DNA of 64,000 nucleotides from an uncultured Chloroflexia bacterium (lineage in GTDB: Bacteria > Chloroflexota > Limnocylindria > Limnocylindrales > CSP1-4): the NCBI GenBank assembly GCA_963729175.1, contig CAVSMY010000015.1:5841-69840 (forward strand), given 5' to 3'. Below are positions 60,935 to 64,000 of the stretch, piece by piece. The notes under the pieces were generated by a model that worked only from the letters and a program-made list of their open reading frames with translations, was not told the DNA's origin and did not search any database. Position 1 is the first letter of the stretch; every line of letters starts with the position of its first letter. Both the position numbers and the translations under genes were made by a program.

Positions 60935-62953
60935 ATGACGGACCGACTGTCGCCAAGCGCGTACGCCCGGGCCGGATCGGCGTGTCCACGCGGACCGTCC
61001 AGCGCTGGATCGAGACCGGACGGCTGCCCGCCGAGCGTGTCGGTGGGCGATGGCATGTCGCGTTTGACGCGTTGGACGCTTCACGCGCACTGGCATTGCC
61101 CAGCCAGACCGCCGGGCGACCGATCGGGACGCTGTTCATCGCGAACCGTGGCGAGATCGCGGCGCGGATCGAGCGGACCTGCCGCCGCCTCGGGATCGTC
61201 GCCGTCATCCCTGAGGTCGAGGGACCAGAAGCGATCGACCTGCTCGACCCGGCGGCGGTCGTCGCAGCGGCCGTCACGACCGGCGCAGACGCGCTTCATC
61301 CGGGATATGGCTTCCTCGCGGAGTCCGCCCTCCTGGCCGAGGCCGTCGAGGCGGCCGGCATCCGGTGGGTCGGCCCGCCGGCCGAGGCGATCCGTGCCGT
61401 CGGAGACAAGGCCGCCGCGCGGCGCCTCGCCGCTCGCCTCGGGATCTCCGTGGCGCGTGGCTACGACGGCCCTGCCCAGGACGACGCCGCGCTCCGTCGA
61501 GCGGCAGGGCGGATCGGCTTTCCGGTCCTGATCAAGCCAGCCGCCGGGGGTGGCGGCAAGGGCATGCGGATCGTTCGCGACCGAGGCGAGCTCGCTGAGG
61601 CGCTCGATGCGTCTCGGCGGGAGGCCCGATCCGCGTTCGGCGACGACCGGCTCATCCTCGAGGCGTTGATCGAGCACGCCCGCCATGTCGAAGTCCAGGT
61701 CCTGGCCGATCACCGCGGTGGCGTGGTCCATCTTGGGAGAGCGGGACTGCTCGGTCCAGCGGCGCCATCAGAAGGTCCTCGAGGAGACGCCCTCGCCGGC
61801 CGTCGACGACGCCCTCAGGGCGGCTCTCGGGAGCGCGGCGACCCGCCTCGCCGCAGCGGTCGGGTACGCGAGTGCCGGGACGTGCGAGTTCCTCGTCGCC
61901 GACGACGGATCGTGGTCCTTCCTCGAGATGAACACCCGCCTCCAGGTGGAGCACCCGGTGACCGAGATGGTGACCGGTCGCGATCTGGTGGCCGATCAGC
62001 TGGCGATCGCGGCCGGGGCGACGCTCTCCGAGCTCGGCCTCGAAGGCGATGAGCCGCCGCCCGACGGTCACGCGATCGAGGTCCGCCTCTACGCCGAGGA
62101 TGCCGAGGCGGGGTTCCTGCCGGCGACGGGGCGGGTCGAGGCGCTCCGCTGGCCCGCGAGCGACAGCATCCGGGTCGATGCGGGGATCGAGCTCGGGACG
62201 ATCGTCGGCGCGCGGTTCGATCCGCTGCTCGCGAAGATCATCGCCCACGCTCCGGATCGGGCGACCGCGCTGGCGCGGCTCGCGATGGCGCTCGACGAGA
62301 TCCTGGTGCTCGGCGTCGTGACGAACCTCCGGTTCCTTCGGTGGCTTGTCCGACAGTCGTGGCTCGTCGAGGGCGAGGCGCGGGTCGACTCACTCGATGC
62401 CACCTGGGCTCCGATCGTCGGTTCGGCGGTCCCCGACGATGCCTGGGCGACCGCGGCGGCTGCGCTGGCGCGACGCCCGGACGAGCGCGCCGACGACCCA
62501 TGGTCCGACGGCTGGCGGCTCGGTGGATGGGGTGTCGTGACGCTGCTCGCCGAGGATGGCGAGGTCCGGCGGATCTCGATCTCCCCGGGGATGGCGGTGG
62601 ACGACCGCGGGGTCGTCATCGGTGTCGACGGTGGCGCGTTCGTCGACGTCGACGGCCGGAGCGTCGGGTTCCGGTCGGCGCCGCCGCCGGACGTCGACCG
62701 GGCGGCCCGCGACGCCCGGGCCCACCACGATGCCGGGACGGCCCGGCTCGAGGCGCCGATGCCCGGGCGGGTCATCGGGGTCGCGACGCGGGTCGGCGGC
62801 CGGGTCGATACCGGCGATCCGGTCGTGACCCTCGAGGCGATGAAGATGGAGCACGTGATCCGCTCGCCGATCGAGGGCGTGGTCGAGTCGGTCGAGGTCC
62901 GCATCGGCGATCAGGTCGACCGGGGCCGGCTGCTCGCGGTCGTCGAACCGTGA
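60935..62953 (+). CDS. Methylcrotonyl/acyl-CoA carboxylase alpha subunit (biotin carboxylase + BCCP) with an apparent N-terminal excisionase-type HTH; two apparent frameshifts (about 60975 and 61735)
   Basis: HTH-like IGVSTRTVQRWIETGRLPAERVGGRWHV. Then LFIANRGEIAARI, HPGYGFLAE, LIKPAAGGGGKGMRIV. After the shift: ERDCSVQRRHQKVLEETPSP, EMNTRLQVEHPVTE. The C-terminal biotinyl motif is TLEAMKMEH. The start is uncertain; a TTG near 61090 would give a protein without the HTH. Confidence 0.75.
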
Positions 62954-63015
62954 GGTCGCTACCCTAGGCGCGAGCAGACCGGGCCGGCTAGCCCGGAGGA
63001 CCGACGGAGACCGCG

Positions 63016-63204
63016 ATGCCGACCCCCGACGCCCCGCTGACGAAGACGCGCAGCCAGCTCCTCGAGGAGCACGCCGCGGCGCGCGGACGCCGGAATGGCG
63101 CGCCGCTCGGGAGCGAGGCCTGGAAGGCTGCCGTCACCGACCTCGAGCGCATCGAGGTCGAGATCGCTCGCATGGAGCGGGCGATGGATCCGCCGCGCCA
63201 GTGA
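63016..63204 (+). CDS. Small hypothetical protein (helical / coiled-coil-like)
   Basis: 62-aa ORF with a GGAG-type SD, sitting between the carboxylase alpha and HMG-CoA lyase genes. The composition looks coding (KTRSQLLEEHAAARGRR...DLERIEVEIARMERAM). Confidence 0.45.
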   Translation: MPTPDAPLTKTRSQLLEEHAAARGRRNGAPLGSEAWKAAVTDLERIEVEIARMERAMDPPRQ

Positions 63205-63232
63205 TGGACCGGCACGGTCGCCCCCGGGCCCG

Positions 63233-64000
63233 GTGAACGGGACGATCGGGTCGGACCGCGTCGTCCGGGTCTACGAGGTCGGGCCGCGCGACGGACTCCA
63301 GAACGAGGCCGCACCGATCGCCACGTCCGACAAGCGCCGATTCCTCGAGCTCCTCGCCGCGGCCGGTCTACGCGAGATCGAGGCGACGAGCTTCGTCAGC
63401 CCGCGGGCGATCCCGCAGCTGGCCGACGCGGACGAGCTGCTCGGATCCCTCGACCGCGCTCCGGGCGTCCGGTACCCCGTCCTCGTCGCGAACGAGCGCG
63501 GCCTCGAGCGAGCCGCCGCCGCTGGCGCCGACGCGATCGCCGTCTTCACCGCCGCGACCGACGCGTTCACGAGCCGAAACATCGGGCTGACCGTCAGCGA
63601 GAGCCTCGCCGGGTTCGGCCCGCTCCTCGCTGAGGCGGGCGAGCGCGGCTGGTGGCGGCGGGCCTATGTCTCGACCGCCTTCGGCTGCCCGTACAGCGGC
63701 GCCGTGGCGCCAGCCCGGCCGGTCGAGGTGGCCGTGCAGCTGCTCGAGGCCGGGGCCGATGAGATCTGCTTCGGCGACACGATCGGCGTCGGGGTCCCGG
63801 GCCAGGTCCATGCGATCGCCGGTCTGGCCAGGGACGCCGGCATCGAGCCGTCCCGGACGGCGTTCCACTTCCACGACACCCGCGGCACCGCCCTCGCGAA
63901 CGTCGTCGCCGGGCTCGAGGAGGGGATCCGTTGCTTCGATGCCTCGACCGGCGGGACGGGCGGCTGCCCATATGCCCCGGGCGCCGCCGGCAACCTCGCG
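63233..64000 (+). CDS. Hydroxymethylglutaryl-CoA lyase, 3' end beyond the window
   Basis: Open frame from GTG 63233 to the window end (256 codons): VRVYEVGPRDGLQNE, EATSFVSPRAIPQLAD, FHFHDTRGTALANV, TGGCPYAPGAAGN. It is absent from the ORF track because no stop lies inside the window. Confidence 0.85.
   Translation, partial: MNGTIGSDRVVRVYEVGPRDGLQNEAAPIATSDKRRFLELLAAAGLREIEATSFVSPRAIPQLADADELLGSLDRAPGVRYPVLVANERGLERAAAAGADAIAVFTAATDAFTSRNIGLTVSESLAGFGPLLAEAGERGWWRRAYVSTAFGCPYSGAVAPARPVEVAVQLLEAGADEICFGDTIGVGVPGQVHAIAGLARDAGIEPSRTAFHFHDTRGTALANVVAGLEEGIRCFDASTGGTGGCPYAPGAAGNLA

Noticed and set aside
60935-61060. Excisionase-like HTH considered as a marker of a prophage or integrative element.
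   Set aside because: There is no integrase, att-like repeat, tRNA target or phage gene nearby. The motif is in frame with a metabolic gene.

Overview
Very GC-rich, gene-dense chromosomal fragment that looks Actinomycetota- or Chloroflexota-like. I support about 55 protein-coding loci. I recognised no rRNA, tRNA, CRISPR array, transposase or integrase.

Layout:
- 1-12.9 kb: housekeeping and envelope genes. These are a GAF-GGDEF protein, an ECF sigma/anti-sigma pair, tmk, a DUF4331-TPR-NicO-like metal cassette, tldD/pmbA, a nucleoside hydrolase and a SnoaL-like protein.
- 12.8-36.2 kb: dominated by ten paralogs (A1-A10) of a polytopic membrane family with no recognisable output domain. Six of them sit in one roughly 11 kb translationally coupled operon with a fused PP2C-phosphatase/RsbW-like ATPase, two STAS proteins, a small 4-TM protein and an unassigned 261-aa protein. 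A SARP-AAA-TPR regulator is transcribed divergently from this operon.
- 36.2-40.8 kb: minus-strand operon pdxS-pdxT-GNAT-AAA ATPase-R3H.
- 43.1-64 kb: a leucine-catabolism set (methylcrotonyl-CoA carboxylase beta and alpha, enoyl-CoA hydratase, HMG-CoA lyase). It is split by about 15 kb that carries three tandem receptor-type class III cyclase / beta-propeller / SBP_bac_5 fusion genes plus an internally deleted fourth copy.

The two paralog arrays are the most interesting content.

Caveat: about 20 apparent single-base frameshifts interrupt otherwise well-conserved genes. I read this as assembly or basecalling error rather than real pseudogenes. Affected loci are reported as one CDS with the approximate break positions given.
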